Below, piece after piece: positions 38,049 through 51,560 of a DNA stretch of 64,000 bases. The DNA lies in contig QPGO01000088.1 of NCBI GenBank assembly GCA_008632985.1, positions 1-64,000 of the forward strand. The letters run 5' to 3'. The translations under genes were made by a program, and so were the position numbers. Numbering within the stretch: position 1 is the stretch's first letter; each line of letters opens with the position of its first letter. Source of the stretch: Psammoneis japonica. Lineage: Eukaryota. The notes beneath the pieces were generated by a model. That model searched no databases. It worked only from the letters and a program-made list of their open reading frames with translations, and had not been told where the DNA came from.

Positions 38049-39161
38049 TCAAGACTTCGGTCCTGTGCTGTCGTCAACTTTGATATCTGCTCCACATGTT
38101 GGACACGAGTCGGCGGGTCTGTTCTTGAAGGTACTGAGACATTGGTTGCAGACGTACGCCATATCTACACTTTCGCCAGTTTCAAAGCATCGAGCCCGGA
38201 AGTCAACCTTGTTGAGAGCTGGTAGATTCATTCTCGGTCGCGTTGACGGCGGTGACAAAAAGACAGATACCAAAACTTCCGTCAGCGCCCCACTCACTTG
38301 GGCTGTGCCTGATGGAGCCAGAAAAACGCCACCCGTTCGATCACAAGCCTGTTCCAAAAAGGCACTGCTCTTCTCATCAGTCTTGATTCCGGAAGGAATG
38401 AAGCACCCATCCAATACAATATTGTGCTTCGATGCTGCAAACGTGCAATTCATGAATGCATTATAGTCAGAAGTGATATCATTGGAAGCTTGCACCATTA
38501 GAACGCGTGGTGACCAGGTCCTAGATGAGCCAGAGTGCTTATTCTTGTCATTGCTCCCATTTAGCAGCGATAAAACTCCCTCGTCATTCTGACGGTTCCA
38601 AGCAGCCGACGTGTCGGAAGCAAGAGCTGAGACTCCGCCACCGGTGGACACTAAGAATCTATTGATACAACAAAGGGCCAACGACAATGCTGCTGCCATG
38701 GATGCAGAACTAGTATCTGCAGCTGTTTGCTTTCCTGATTGAGATGTGGCTGCTTTCTCTGCTTGGGTGGCTGCAATCGTGACTAACTCCGCTACCCCGA
38801 CAGTCAAATCATTTTTCAACTTCCTGATATCGACTTTTCCTCCTTCCTCAAAGACCTTTTCCTGCAAGTCATTTTTCCTCGGGAACACGACAGCCGATTC
38901 ATTTCCCGCTACAGCGACAACCATGAGCACAGAATCACGCGAGAGACTATCAAAGGCACCCGCAAAGGCGTGCACCGCAAAGAGCGTTTCCTGAATCGTA
39001 GCAGGGCCCACCGATCGCTTTCCAGCTGCCAGACGCGCCTTGTCTGAGGCTTTGCGTTTCAATTCGCGTTCTTCCCAAACAACGGGAGATACATCGAGTA
39101 TTATAACAAGCAGTGACCGCTCATTGGAAGGCGATGGCCGCTTGTTTCCTCGACCCGACAT
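38049..39161 (-). CDS. GTF2H3: TFIIH subunit p34 / Tfb4
   Basis: SLLVIILD, ALSLALCCINR, YNAFMNCTFAA, FLEQACDRTGG, VDFRARCF..AYVCNQCLSTF..CPTCG. Confidence 0.93.
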   Translation of the reverse strand: MSGRGNKRPSPSNERSLLVIILDVSPVVWEERELKRKASDKARLAAGKRSVGPATIQETLFAVHAFAGAFDSLSRDSVLMVVAVAGNESAVVFPRKNDLQEKVFEEGGKVDIRKLKNDLTVGVAELVTIAATQAEKAATSQSGKQTAADTSSASMAAALSLALCCINRFLVSTGGGVSALASDTSAAWNRQNDEGVLSLLNGSNDKNKHSGSSRTWSPRVLMVQASNDITSDYNAFMNCTFAASKHNIVLDGCFIPSGIKTDEKSSAFLEQACDRTGGVFLAPSGTAQVSGALTEVLVSVFLSPPSTRPRMNLPALNKVDFRARCFETGESVDMAYVCNQCLSTFKNRPADSCPTCGADIKVDDSTGPKS

Positions 39162-40399
39162 GTTGTTGTTGTTGTTTTATATGGTTTAAATGGTTGTGCG
39201 TTCGTGCTCATAGTTTCAAGTTGGGGGACGTCTTCGGAAGTGAGACTGTCGAAGAAAGTTACGTAGATTTTGTACTAAAACAGTCTGTCAATCAGTGCGA
39301 TTGGGTATTTGGGACCTCTGGACAGATCCTACGTGTTTTTTTTTGCGTACAAATTGTACTGGGAAAACCCCAAACGCACTGGCGATCAGACCGCCTTCGA
39401 CGATCTCACTTCCAAAGACGCCCCCCAAAGTTGTTGAAATATGTTATGTATAATATGGCTCTCTCTCTCTACTTCGTGTCGGCGTCGATCCGGGGCTCCC
39501 ATCTACTGTATGTATGTAGGTATAATACCGGTACCGGTAGGGCCCTAGGACCCTACAGTAAGTACGTGCGTTTCGTGTGTGATCACTGCTTATGGAACCC
39601 GGATCCAAGGTTTTTTTGAAAAAGAGAAAAAAACCGTGGGCTCTTCGTCTCATTTCTAAATCATAGGAGTAGACTACTAGACATTTAAAAGCACACTAAC
39701 ACATCCGCTGAATGTTGGTGGTGTAGCCCTCTGTCGGCTAACAAACCCTAGCCGAAAGCTCGGCCACCAGCAAGGCTAGAACCCCAGTTGGATTCGGTTG
39801 CATTGGCCCATCGAGAACAGGCACCAGTGATTTGCATGGAACCCGGGCCCATGCCGCATGAGTTCGAATCACCAGCCTCTGTGGCTCCAGCCGATACAAT
39901 GGCATAGAAGAGCAACAGAGTTGCTCAAAGAGCTGAGATGCAACCGACGAGGTCCAAGCACGAGCCACTGGCCACGACACCCTTGCATCTGTGGCATCTC
40001 AACTGGGTGGGTGGGAGGGAAAGAAAAAACAACCAAAGGCTTGAATCCTTCAAAAGCCGTGACAAGACAATGCACAATTGCAGATGTTGTGGAGGATCTT
40101 CGTGCAGTTTCAAAGGTGCAACTTTTTATGAGACGATGTCAGAGTGAAACGGAGGGAGAGCGAACAAGTGTTTCTGAAACGAGAAACGAGCCACTTTTGC
40201 AATGAGAAGAGTGATTCGAACCCCAATGGTTGTTGACACCTTGACATTCTCGTTTTCCAAAAAGGGCTCTCCCTTTGCTTCTCATCTCAAATCACTGTAA
40301 AGTGTTGTGCTTGTCATTTGACAAGAGAATTCAACAAAAACAATTGCCGCAACAAACCGCACGACTGAGACACGAGTCAGTGACAAATGTCCAGTCGCA

Positions 40400-43300
40400 G
40401 TCCGCGACCAAGACACTCGACTCAGTGCCTGGTGAACCCGAAGGTGCAGATTGATCCAGGCCCCTGCACGCAGAAGGGAAGCAATGGGAGTGGTGGGTGC
40501 TTGCACAGTGGGTGGAGCTGTTTCACAAGTTCTGCGCGGTTGGGAGCGAGGGATGCAATGGGAAGGGAGGAAGCAACTCAAGCACAGGTGGTGGAGAGGT
40601 TGTTGACACTGGCAGCAATTTGGGCGGAGTGAATGCAGGATGGGTTGTCGAAGTCAAGGGGTTCACCAGATGCATCTGGGATGGGAGCAGAGCATGATTT
40701 GTCACAGAGGGTGTGTGCATGGAGCCGCTGCAGAAGAGAAAAAGGCAATGTGTGGTGGTGGTTGAAATCGGGATGCTGGAGTCCTCAGGGCATGGGTGGA
40801 GGACGAGGTGTTCAAAAAAAAAGAGGGTTGAAGGGTTGGGAAGCATCAACAGTGCACTGGACAATGTGGTGAAAAGCAAGGGTGACTTGAGGTTGGGAGG
40901 AGGGAGGCATTTGTGCCAAATGGAGGTGCAGAAAGGTGGCGGTGAAAAAGGGCTGGTGAGTTGAGTCACTGAAAGGAAGCTGCCCATTCAGGCAGCTCTT
41001 GGCATGGGCAGGATGATGCAATGAGTTGGATGTTGGTGGTTGTGCAAGGTTGATGGTGGGTGTTGCAAGTGCGGGTGTGCAGACAGGTGTCTTGAAGGCA
41101 CATCTTGCCGGTGCGTGGACAGCGACGACATGGGTGTAAATTGTGTTGCTGGAAGAAAGAGTCAGGTGTGGATCACAAGCTGCAATGTTCGTGCATGGAG
41201 GACAGATGTGTGCACACCAGCTTGGGGACTTGGGTCAGAGAGGCATCTGTTGGAATGCAAAAAGAGCAGTGTGCAAAGGGGCACGACCAATTGGCAGCCC
41301 CTGGCGGGGTGCGTGTGCCAACGGGCTCCATTTCTGGATGGTTGGAGAGTGCGGTGGGGTCTTGATTTTGTTTGGCAGCATTGCAGGCCAGTTCATTTCC
41401 CACATTGAGGTGTGCAGGTGTGGACCCATTGATCAAAGATGTTGAGGAGTTCACAGTCCCGCTGAGAGTGTTCAAAGTCCTTGTCAGATGGATCGGGTTG
41501 TTTTGTGTCATCAACAATGGCTGCAACTGTGGGGGGTGGGTTGGGATCATGGGTTTGGTTTCAGTGGTGTCGGCTTGGCCCATGGTGGTGTTGGATGAGT
41601 GTGTGGAGCCATCAAAGTCATGTGGGTGAGAGCATTTTTTGGTTGTTGGAGAGGGGAGGGGGGGCAGTCGGCAATGTGTGGAAACTGGCGTGGGTGCAGA
41701 TTGCCAGGAGGCTTCGAGAAAAGAGAGAGCTGTTTCCAAGAGAGTGCTGCAAGGTGGTTTTTCAGCTGCTTGTGCAAAGGATGCAGATGTGTGAGTGGGG
41801 GGGGGGGACAACAAAGGGGTGGGTTCTTGAGCAGTTCTTTGGGAAGGCCAGGGCAGAGATGAAGGGTGGAGCTCACAATGTCAACAATGGAAGGGGTGGG
41901 CAAGAAAAAGAGTTTGTGTTTGAATGGGGTGTTGTCATGGACAAGAAACATGGGGACAACACTGTGGAGGTCTGGAGCAGAGATGAGTTGGACACAATCA
42001 AAGGGTGTTGTGATGTCAAGGCAGCTGGCGAGGATGACGCACATGTGTTGGCTGTGTGTGCAGCAAGGAGGCAGACACCTGATTTGGGGAGGTTGGAAGT
42101 TTGTCTGGTGGGGGAGAAGCTGGGGAATTGCAGTGGCGCCAGATTCCAACATGGTCAAGAAAGGTGTCATGTTTGGAGAAGAGAGAAAGGTTGGGGTCTG
42201 AGTGGTTGGTCAGCAGGAGGGGTTTGATGTGGTTGTGAAGTTTTTTCAGGAGAAATTGGCGTGTGTGTCTGGATTGGCTGCATGTCTTGGGATCAGCACC
42301 GGCAAGGATTCTGCGGGCTTGTTTGGTGAAGGAGTTGCAACCCAGTGCAAGGAAGGAAATGCATCAAGTCTAAGGGTTGGGAGAAGCTGGGAGTTCTTTG
42401 GCATTTGGGGAGAGGAAATCTGAGCAGGAAGAGGTGGCGGAGTGAGGTTTGAAGTGATCAGGAGGGTGGAGGTGCCATTTTTGCATGGCTGATTGAAGGA
42501 CTTGATCACAGAAGAGATGGAAATCGAGTGGCTCATTGGAGGTGGCGGCAGTGAAAGACAGCTTCAAAGCAGGATGCCGCTGATTGTGGCGAGAACAGGA
42601 GCAGTGTTTGGTTTCAGAGAAGGTGATGTTGGCCACTTCACAGAGAATGAAAAGCTCACAAGTGGTGCGGTGCAGAGAGCAACATGAAGGATGGATCAAA
42701 CCCTTTGACATCAACAGCGGGCCCAGGTTTGTTGTGGGGTTGGCAGGATGGAGGAGCTGAAGGAGAAGTTTGATGGCAGTGGGAGATGGTGTGAAGTCAT
42801 CAGAAATGTGGGGAGCGTCAGTCTGCATCTTGGAGTGGGAGTCAGGCTGTGGGTTGGCATCTGAGTTGAGGGGCTTGGTGTTGAGAAAATGGTGGGTTTG
42901 GTGGAAGCAAAAGTGGAGGCAGAGACAGAGGAAGAGTTGAGGGAAGGCAGGTTTGAAAGGGAGGTGTGTGCACATGGGCAGAGATTTGGGTGGAGACTTG
43001 AGCAGAGACTCAGATGGGGACTTGGGCAGAGATTTAGAGCCAGGTGGTGATTTGAGGTCCAGCAAGGTGGCAGGGGTTGCAAGCAGGGGTTGCAAGAAGG
43101 GGCTGGGAGTCTTGGGAATCTTGGGTGCCATCCTGAAGAGATGGCCAGCTGGATTCATTGGAAAGGGAGGACACAGTGGAGAAGGGTGCAGAAAGCAAAG
43201 TTGAAATTGACGTCTTGGTGGATGCGTTGGGTTGGTTTTTTGTAAGTCATTGAAAAGAGAAGGCCATTTGGGAGCACAACTGGGTGGGTGTCAGTTTGGG

Positions 43301-43700
43301 CAGATGTTTGCAGGGGTGGGAAATTGGGGTTGTCAAGAGAGGGTGCAACTTGGAAGAAAAGGCTGTTGAGGGAGGGCCATTTGAGGTGTCACATTTGCAA
43401 TCGTGAGGGCCACAGCAGGTGTGTGGAAGGGGATCATGGGAGGAGGATGGTGACATGGGGCTGTTGCTTGTGTCACAACAGCTGTTGGGGGAATGACCAT
43501 GAGAAGGGTGTCGGGGCAGAGGAATTCGGAAGGGGCTGTTGATGGCATCAAGCAGGAGCGGTGCAGGGCCACACAAGTGTCGTGCATGATTGGATTGAAA
43601 ATGACTGAGTGGGTGGGCATGGTGTGTGTGGGGCTGCATTGCTGTTTGAGGGCAATTGAAGAAAGGAAAGAAAGTGAAGGGTTGGCACTTGAGGGCAGAA
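40400..43700 (-). mobile_element. Degenerate retroelement-like remnant with RNase H-like motifs
   Basis: Strong C-rich minus strand; FDGS near 41600 and PAHLNVGNELACNAAK near 41370-41420 resemble RNase H (DGS...GNELADxxAK). No RT core recognised; may be more than one element. Confidence 0.4.
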
Positions 43701-45384
43701 AGGATCAAAGAAAAGGGGGAGTTGTGAAGCCGTGCTGAGGTTGGAAATGATGAGGAAGATGGTGAAAACCAAAACAATGCAAAGGAACTGCCATGAGAAA
43801 AATGGTCCAAGGTGTGGCAGTGGGCAGGGAGGTCATTTTGGTGAGTGCAGTGAAGCACTGTTTGGCTGGGGAGCAAACCCCGTCGATGTTGTTTCAAGGC
43901 CATTGTTCTCATGTTTGCTGTTGGATCAGCCAGCTCATCAGTTGTTGTTGTGCGGTCCACTCTCTGCTGGTGCCGCACCACAGAGAAGAGGAAAAAAGAG
44001 GATGGGAGAGCAAGAGACAATGCAGTGCTCATGTTCTGCTGAGCATGCACAACACCCAGATGAAAATTTCTCAGGGACATTGCCAACAGATCCAATGACT
44101 CAATTTGGTCATTTCAAGTGTTCGTGCCAAGTCAAGATTGTGAGCATGACCGGAGCTGTGTGACGTGCAAAACCATTTGAGACACTCTTTCTTTGAAAAA
44201 CTTGCAATGTCCAAATGATGTCTTTTGGACATTTTGCTCATTTCCCACTCTGAGGTGGCACTGCGAGGGTGCAAAAGTGGGCCAGATTCTGCGCACGTGG
44301 GGACTGGCATCATGTTTTCTACACCAACTTGAGCCCTCTCCCAGATGATGGAAACTTGAACATTTCACATGACAAAGTGTCCGGGCCACTCAACTGCACT
44401 TCCCTCTGCTTGTTCTTTGAGAAAAACTGCAAGTTTTCATGCATTTTTGAAGAAATGCACTGAGTCCAATTAGAAAGGTGCCAAAATTGGGACGTTTGAG
44501 TTTTGCAGAGCTGCAGCAAACAACAAACTCATTCGTTTTGGTGCCAGCGTGGGATGCCATCTTTGTCAGTGGCTTTTTTGCTTTTAGTTTGGGTGGTGGG
44601 GGTGAGTTTTTTGGTGGCTCACTGGGTGGGGCATCAGGATCAGAGTTGCTCTCTGCCTCATCCTTGCTGGACAAAGACAATTTGCAGTCTCTGCACTTTC
44701 CTCTTGAAGCTGACATTGCTGTGCCCAAGCTTGCAAGCAGTTGAAAGCATTTTTTAACACTGAGCTTCTGCCACACATGAACCTTGTTTGTGGTCTGTCA
44801 CCTGCACTGATGTGCTCCCGCATCTTCTTTGTCACTGGAGCCCCAGAGTTCTGGCTTGCTGTCATGGATCCAATGGGTGGAGGCATGTCTGAGGGCCTTC
44901 AACCCACTGGCTTCCTTGGCATGTTTTCTGGCACTTGGAAGCCCTGCTTTGTTGCTGTGGGAGGGGCTCTTCTTGCAAGCTGATGGTGGCAATGGCAATG
45001 GTGAGAAGGCCTTCTTCTCCTTGCTTCATTTCAATCAAAGCTCCATTGTGCCATTTCAATTTGCTCTGTGTTTGTGCATGGTTTTTTGAAGAAGCAATGC
45101 CGGCCACAGCAACCATGGAAAATTCAATTTTAAAATTAGATCATGAGCAATTCTTGACAATTGTTCCCATTAAAAAGAAGAACATGCAATGAAAATGTGT
45201 GCTCATTTCAAAGTCATTCAGTGACTTGTAATTTCAAATGATTCTTCACAATCAATCCTGCCAAGCACAAGATTTAAAAAAGCACATGCTGGCAGCTGGA
45301 GTTTTCACACATGACACACTTCCCCCACAACAAGAGCGAAGACAACAAAAGAGAAATGAAAGCCTTGACAGAAGCAAGGTGCCA

Positions 45385-45600
45385 ATGATGCCTCCAAGGA
45401 AGAAGAAACTGCTGCAGTGGAAGGACAATCATGCTGGCACATTGCTCAAACAAGACCTGAAAAGTGGCGAAAATCCACTTTTAGAACAGGAGATGATGAG
45501 CACTGAGGACACACACCAATGATGACCCAAGTTTTGATGGATTGATTTTGAGAAATTCAAGGATCAGCTGGAAAAGGCCCAAGAGAAGGCAGATGCCAGA
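45385..45600 (+). pseudogene. Transposon-associated small protein remnant
   Basis: W..NHAGTLLKQDLKSGENPL....M..EDTHQ**PKF*WIDFEKFKDQL reverts to ..IYQRRPEFR..FKDRL by restoring only TA and CG dinucleotides. Resembles a repeat family I recall from diatom genomes. Confidence 0.4.
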
Positions 45601-46553
45601 GGCACACAAACAGTGGTGAAGTTGTTTTTGCTGTTAAGAAATCTTGACACTGAAAAGACTCATCAAAAATTGGCTTGTGTCAGTCACTAAAACACACCTA
45701 GTTGAAGTGACTGATGAAAGCCTGTTTTTGACACAATCAGTTGCAACAGCTGCAGAGCAAGAGCAAAGTCCTGAAACATTGGGTTCTTCAAGTGTTTTGC
45801 ATGACATGCATGGGCAAACCTCTCAACAGAAATCGGCAAATCATTTGAAAGATTTTCACATGCTTTTTGGCGGTGTGTCTTTGAGCAAATCCAAAGATCA
45901 ACACACACAGCCATTCTGATGACATTCAACTCCAATTCCATCTGCCCCCTTGTTCAAAACAAAAACAACAAATTGATGCGCGCACTGCAGCTGTTGATGA
46001 CAGTGAACCACAACCCAATTCTGCCAAAAGAAAGCAAGCTCATCTGCATGAGAAAGCCAGCAAGTCTCACAAGAAGCACAAGCAACCTTCTGAAGAGATC
46101 ATGCTTCATTCCAGGGTTCTTTCTGCTGACTGAACCTAAAGAACCAGAAGAAGCCATCAACACACCAGTGCTTCAAGGAATGATGGCATCATCTGTCCTT
46201 GAGAGAATGAGATCAAGGTCATGGAAGACAACATCTTGCTTCTTGATGAAGCTCTTTGCAGTGATGACCACAAAGGTGTCATCAACATGAACAAAGCTCA
46301 GTGGCATGCCACAGCTTGTGTGTTTGTTGAGCTTTGTTTTGACATGCCTCCTGAGGAGGAATGAGATGGTCAGAATGGAGCGACACCTGCAATGAAAACA
46401 AACCTTGGCATCTCCCCAACTTTGCACATCAAAGACATCTTGTGCAATGTCACCACCACCACAAAAATCACATTGAGTGCAATGGTGGCAGGATCATAAC
46501 AGTGCCATTGGCTGACCTTCAATTTTGTCTCTTGATTTGCCAGAAGCCAAGGT

Positions 46554-47048
46554 CATTGGCAACAATGTTGAAAGCAGACTTTCAATGCCCCAGACAGTTC
46601 AACTTTGTGATGAGCATTGGTGTGAGCAAGGGGAAACTGCGCCACAAGGGCTCCTGTTGACAACTTGACACAGCAGATGGGTGCCAAGGTGCAGAAAGTT
46701 AAGCTGCACAAAACAAGGGAGCAGAAATCCTGATTCTCCCTGGTCACATGAGTGCAATGCAATTGGACTTGCCAGTTGTTGGTCTGGTTGGAAATGGTTG
46801 ACATTGGCAACAATGTTGAAAGTGGCTTTTGGCACCCCAGACAGCTCAACTTTGTGAGACAAGCATCAGCGTGAGCAAGGGGAAACTGTGCCACAAGGGC
46901 TCCCATTGACAACTTGATGCAGTGGATGGGTGCCAAGGTGCAGAAAGTCAAGCCAACAAAACAAGGGAGCAGATGTCCTGATTTTTCTGGTCACATGAGG
47001 GCAGTGCAATTGGACTTGCCAGTTGTTGGTTTGGTTGGAAATGATTGA
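46554..47048. repeat. Tandem duplication, 248-bp unit x2
   Basis: Copies start at 46554 and 46802 (cattggcaacaatgttgaaag...ttggaaatg). Confidence 0.9.
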
Positions 47049-47539
47049 AGCACAAAAGAGAGCCAGCGGGAAATCCCAGACTGCTGGAATCCAGACAAGA
47101 TGCCCAAATTGAAACCAGAACAAATCGCACATTGGGACAAGATGCACAAAAAGTGCAGGTGTTCAGTTTCCACATGATGAAAATGGAAAAATTGATGTTG
47201 GTGATCATTGCATTGTTTTTGTGTTGCACTGTGCTGTGCAGTGTTGTGTTGCAATCCAACTGCACATTGATGTGTTGCTGTTGTCAAATGGGCAACACAG
47301 TGATGAACAAATCAAAGTTCCAAATGTCAGCACAAAAAAAGAGGCGCAACTGTGCTGTGGGAGCACCATCAAGAAGAGAGGAGATGGGCAAGATGGGCAT
47401 GTCGAATCTGCCTTGGAGCCATTTGCATGCTCAGGTTGCATCCCAATGTCCATCCCTGACACAAAGTCAAAAATTTGAAGTGAGACATGGTGAGTCAAGA
47501 GCTCAAAGCCTGATCCATTCTGGGCACACTTAACACACG

Positions 47540-48460
47540 AGGCTGGAGTGCTTTGTTGCGACAACAAACTTGCCAAGATCAACAAACTCGGTGACTCCAT
47601 AGAAAAAAGATTAAAAATCATGGCATTTCTTGTGTCAAGGATCTTGTGAATGCAGGTGAGCCTGCTCCTGCTTCTGTTGTTGCAAATGAAGACCAACTCT
47701 CCCTTCAATCTTTGTGCAAGTTCTGCAAAAAAACTGTCAACTGCATTGACAAAGATGCGCCACCTGAGTTTGACCATCACAAAGCCAAGAACCCACACCA
47801 GGCCAAATGCAGTGACAAGTGGGAGGACAAGACAATGAAGTCATTGGCTCTCTCCCCCTGCATCTGCACAACTGTCATGATTGGGCACATTGTGAAAGAG
47901 TGTGAGGAACATTGCAAAGGCAGACAGCACAAGGATGACTGGAACTTCTGTCATGATGCATTGTCATTGATGATGGCTGGGAAAACAATCAAGTGGAGAT
48001 GAAGGAGAAGGGCTGTCACAAGAGGTGCCTCTTGCCTGTGGATGGCCTCCAAATGGATGCGAGTGATGCAAGAAATGCACCTTGCACCCACTTGGAGATT
48101 TGCCAAAAATGATGACTTGGGACACATTGTTGAACAACGATCTCCACACCACAGTGGCTCGTCACATCATCTTCACATCAGACCAATGTGTGGGTCTTGG
48201 GATCTGTGAGGCAATCTTGAAAATAACTCAGTTGCCATTGACATGCCTCCAGCAAGTTGAAGAGCAGTGCTGTGTTTGATCTTGCGGCTCTTGAGCACAA
48301 TCATTGAATTTTCCCCAAGAAGACCACCAACAAACATGGCAAGAAATGGTGGGAAGGGTTGGAGGCAGAAGCTCTTCTGAAAGCGGACCTTGCAGATGGC
48401 ATCCATGAAATGATGAAACTGAAAGAGCTGTGGAATTCCGAGATGAGTGCAAAGAGTTCA
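47540..48460 (+). mobile_element. DDE transposase remnant (IS630/Tc1-like)
   Basis: WNFCHDALSLM..TIKW and PLGDLPKMMTWDTLLNNDLH resemble the HD and SPDxxPxD regions of Tc1/IS630-like transposases. Many stops. Confidence 0.5.
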
Positions 48461-48829
48461 AGCGGACATTTTTTGGGGACACTTTAATCAAGAAGTGCGT
48501 TGGTGAGTTTGTCAACTTTCAGAAGGAGAAGCAGAAGAAAAAGGATGTAAAACGAGCTGGGTTGAATGCCATTGACAACTGACAAGAAGGCTGCTTCATG
48601 TCCACCATGGGGAATGATGATGCCACAAGGAACACAACAAGGAGAAAACTGGAAGAGAGGATGAATTGGGAGATTTTCGGTGCAGTCCAATGAGAGGTCC
48701 AACCGCAACTGCAACAAATGGACAGCATCATGGTCATGGACCAAGAATGACCCTTTTCCTTCTCCAATTCGGGTGCCATGCCGAACCTCTTCAATGCTTC
48801 CTTTGACTGCAATCCAAGCATGTGGTGAA

Positions 48830-49720
48830 ACTCAGTTCACCATGCCTTCCTCCCACACCACTTTGGTGGAGCAAACTTGAAACAACCGCCACACACACAG
48901 TTGCAAGTCACATTGATGCTCTTGTTGCAGGAGAGAGAGAAGGAATCCACAGCAGAGTTCCCTTGAATTGTTGGCAACGTCCATTCCACCAACGGCTGCT
49001 GCTCCACAAGCCCTCACACGAACGAGATCAAGATTGCCATTGCTCATGCCAATGACGCTGAAAGCACTGCCATCAAACTTTTTCACGTTGGACACGTGGA
49101 GTCTTGAACAATGAGCTTGACAGGGTCGTTCCCGACCCTCGTCCCATTTCCTGCAACAGAATTGCCAAAACCGACATTGTTGACAATGGAGAGCATTCAA
49201 TGACTCCCTTGGTGGGATCACCATTGCCGCAAGTGAGAGTTCCACCTCCTCTGTTCCCCTCAATGGTCAAACCTGAAAAGAAAAACCCGTTGACCTGTCC
49301 ACAAAGATGCCGTGATGTCGCCGTTCTTGACAACAGAGTTGAAAATGCTGAGTTCTCCAAAATCGGATTCTGCAACAATGCTGGCCTGCTTTGTGTTCTC
49401 AATGGTGACAACCTTGAGCTTGGCTGCGCAGCCCCAACACCCAAAATCCATCCCTTCCTGCTCAACATCCTTGATGGTGGCATGTGAGATTTGGACCCAA
49501 TTGTCATAACCCTCTGGATCAATCCCTTCTCTTCTGGCACCATTGATGGTGACATGCTCCATCATGCACTTTGAAATTGCACCTTGAAGTTTCATCCCAT
49601 CATCTGCAGCTCCATCAATGGTGACATGCTCCATGACATGTGTTGTCTGAAAGGAACGAAACCTTGTCCCATCACCACCAGCTCCATGGATTTCAACATG
49701 GGAAAAGAAAAGAGGCAAAA
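48830..49720 (-). pseudogene. Right-handed parallel beta-helix repeat protein remnant
   Basis: Repeats HVEIHGAGGDG, HVTIDGAADDGM, HVTINGARREGI, HATIKDVEQEGM; frameshifted. Confidence 0.55.
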
Positions 49721-50243
49721 TGATGTCATCTGCGTTAAAACCAGTGATGCCATCATCTTTGACATTTTGGATGATTGCATGGGAGACAAAGACACCCTCT
49801 TCAGAGAAACTTGCAATGGCGATCCCATCATCAACGCAGTTCTCGATGATGCAGTTTTCAACTGCACAAGTGACAAATCAAGTGAAGACAACAATGAGGC
49901 TGAATCAGTTGCAGTCATTGTCATCATGAAAAGGACCGGACATGTTCATCAGAGTGCACGAAATGTTAAAAATGTGCAGATTCACATGATGACAATTTGT
50001 TGAAACATTGCAAAATGTTGTTGTCATGTGATGACAGGCCAACCTCTGGTTGCAAGTTTGGTGTGCCAATGTTGCAACAACTTGTTGAGAATTGTGCGTG
50101 CTGTTTTTCACCACATCCACATCACCATTTCTGCCTCCACCTTGTTGCCATGTGCCAATGCGTGATTGCATTGCCACACAAACCTTGGTTTGTTAATTTT
50201 CGTAAACATCATTTTAAACGAGAAAAACATTTCATCAGTTGGG

Positions 50244-51560
50244 TCAATTCCTTGTTGCATCTGCAGTGCAATGACCGAGTGCCATGTCAACTGTGTGCAC
50301 ATTTTCTTGCTGCAACTCTCTTAAACCAAGCTGACAATCATCATTGGACTCGTCTTCATTGGACTCGTCTTCATCGGATTCGTCTCCTCCGTCGTTCGTT
50401 TTTCCTTTTGCGCCTTCCTCCTGCTCATCGTCATTGCCATTGTCGTCCCTGCTGCTCTCCACCATCAGGCTGTTCATTGCCTTCACCTTCTCCGCATCAC
50501 CGGTTGGTGCTGTCTTCTTCTTCTTTTTTGCTTCTCTGGACTTCTTGTGCTCGCTTTTCTTGATCTCCGCATGCCACTTTTCAAACTCCTTGCCCTCCTT
50601 GGAGTCTCTGTCTTTCGTCACCTCTTTGCACAAATCGTTGAACCGAATGATTCCGTCATCTCCCCAAGACTCTTGTTGTTTCTTTGGCTTTGTGCACCGA
50701 GGGGCAGGCCTTGTTTCTTCGGGCTCCATTTCCTCACCCAATTCTTCCACCGCCTCCTCCTTGTTCCTGCATGCCCACACCTGCCAACAATTCTCCATGG
50801 CTGACAGTGCCAAAGCTTCGTCACCTGCCGCAAACAACTGTGAGACCTGTGCATTCCCAGTTTTGATGGTGCAACTCCATGCCTGCTTTTGCTTGGTTTG
50901 AGGTGGGATGTGATCACAGAACCACTTGCATGCCTGCTTGTTCCTTTGTTTGCCGCCAGTGACAGTGTCCAGGCTGAACGGTTCCCACGTCGGCACAAAC
51001 GGGACATCATTCTCTTCATTCTTGTCACGGCTTGACTTTTTCCTGTTTTGCTTTTTCCTCCTGACTGCCGCCTTGAGTTTCTTTTCTTTTCCTTTCCCTC
51101 TTCCTCAGTGACAATGCCTGTGTAGACAAAGCATCACCGTCATCTTCTTGTGAGATGCGTGCAACTCTCGAATCACACACATTGGTCACTTGACTTACGG
51201 GCCATTGCCTCCGCCCCAATGGCCGAACACACCGTGTTTCTGCAATTGTTGGTTTGCCTTTTTACCGCCTTTCATGCCCATTCCTCCCAAGTTCCTGACC
51301 AATTTGAAGTGTCCATGTTGCCACCAGCAATCTGTTTCTTGACAAACATTGAGATGCTCCCATTGCTTGCCAATTCTGACGGACTGAGAAACTTCACCTG
51401 TGGAAAGAGATCATTTCTAGCCACCTTCTCTGCTTCTGATTTCAATGCACCATGCGCTGCCTGCACACCTGTTCTCTTCAACACTGCCTGAAGTCTCGGG
51501 CTCATTGGCTTGACAGTCTCATTTTTCTTTCTCTTCTTTGCCGGTGGTGCTGGAGACGAC
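50244..51560 (-). pseudogene. Transposon accessory protein remnant (acidic tail; WxxDGIxRFNxL..V..DR motif)
   Basis: NLS-like PPAKKRKK, LFPQVKFL, DEALALSAMENCW, PRCTK..WGDDGIIRFNDLCKEVTKDR and an E/D-rich tail; split by TGA stops. Family recalled as associated with Plavaka-like elements (inference). Confidence 0.45.

Noticed and set aside
46270..46300. HVDD on the minus strand as a mutated YVDD reverse-transcriptase motif
   Set aside because: The surrounding sequence shows no other RT motifs.
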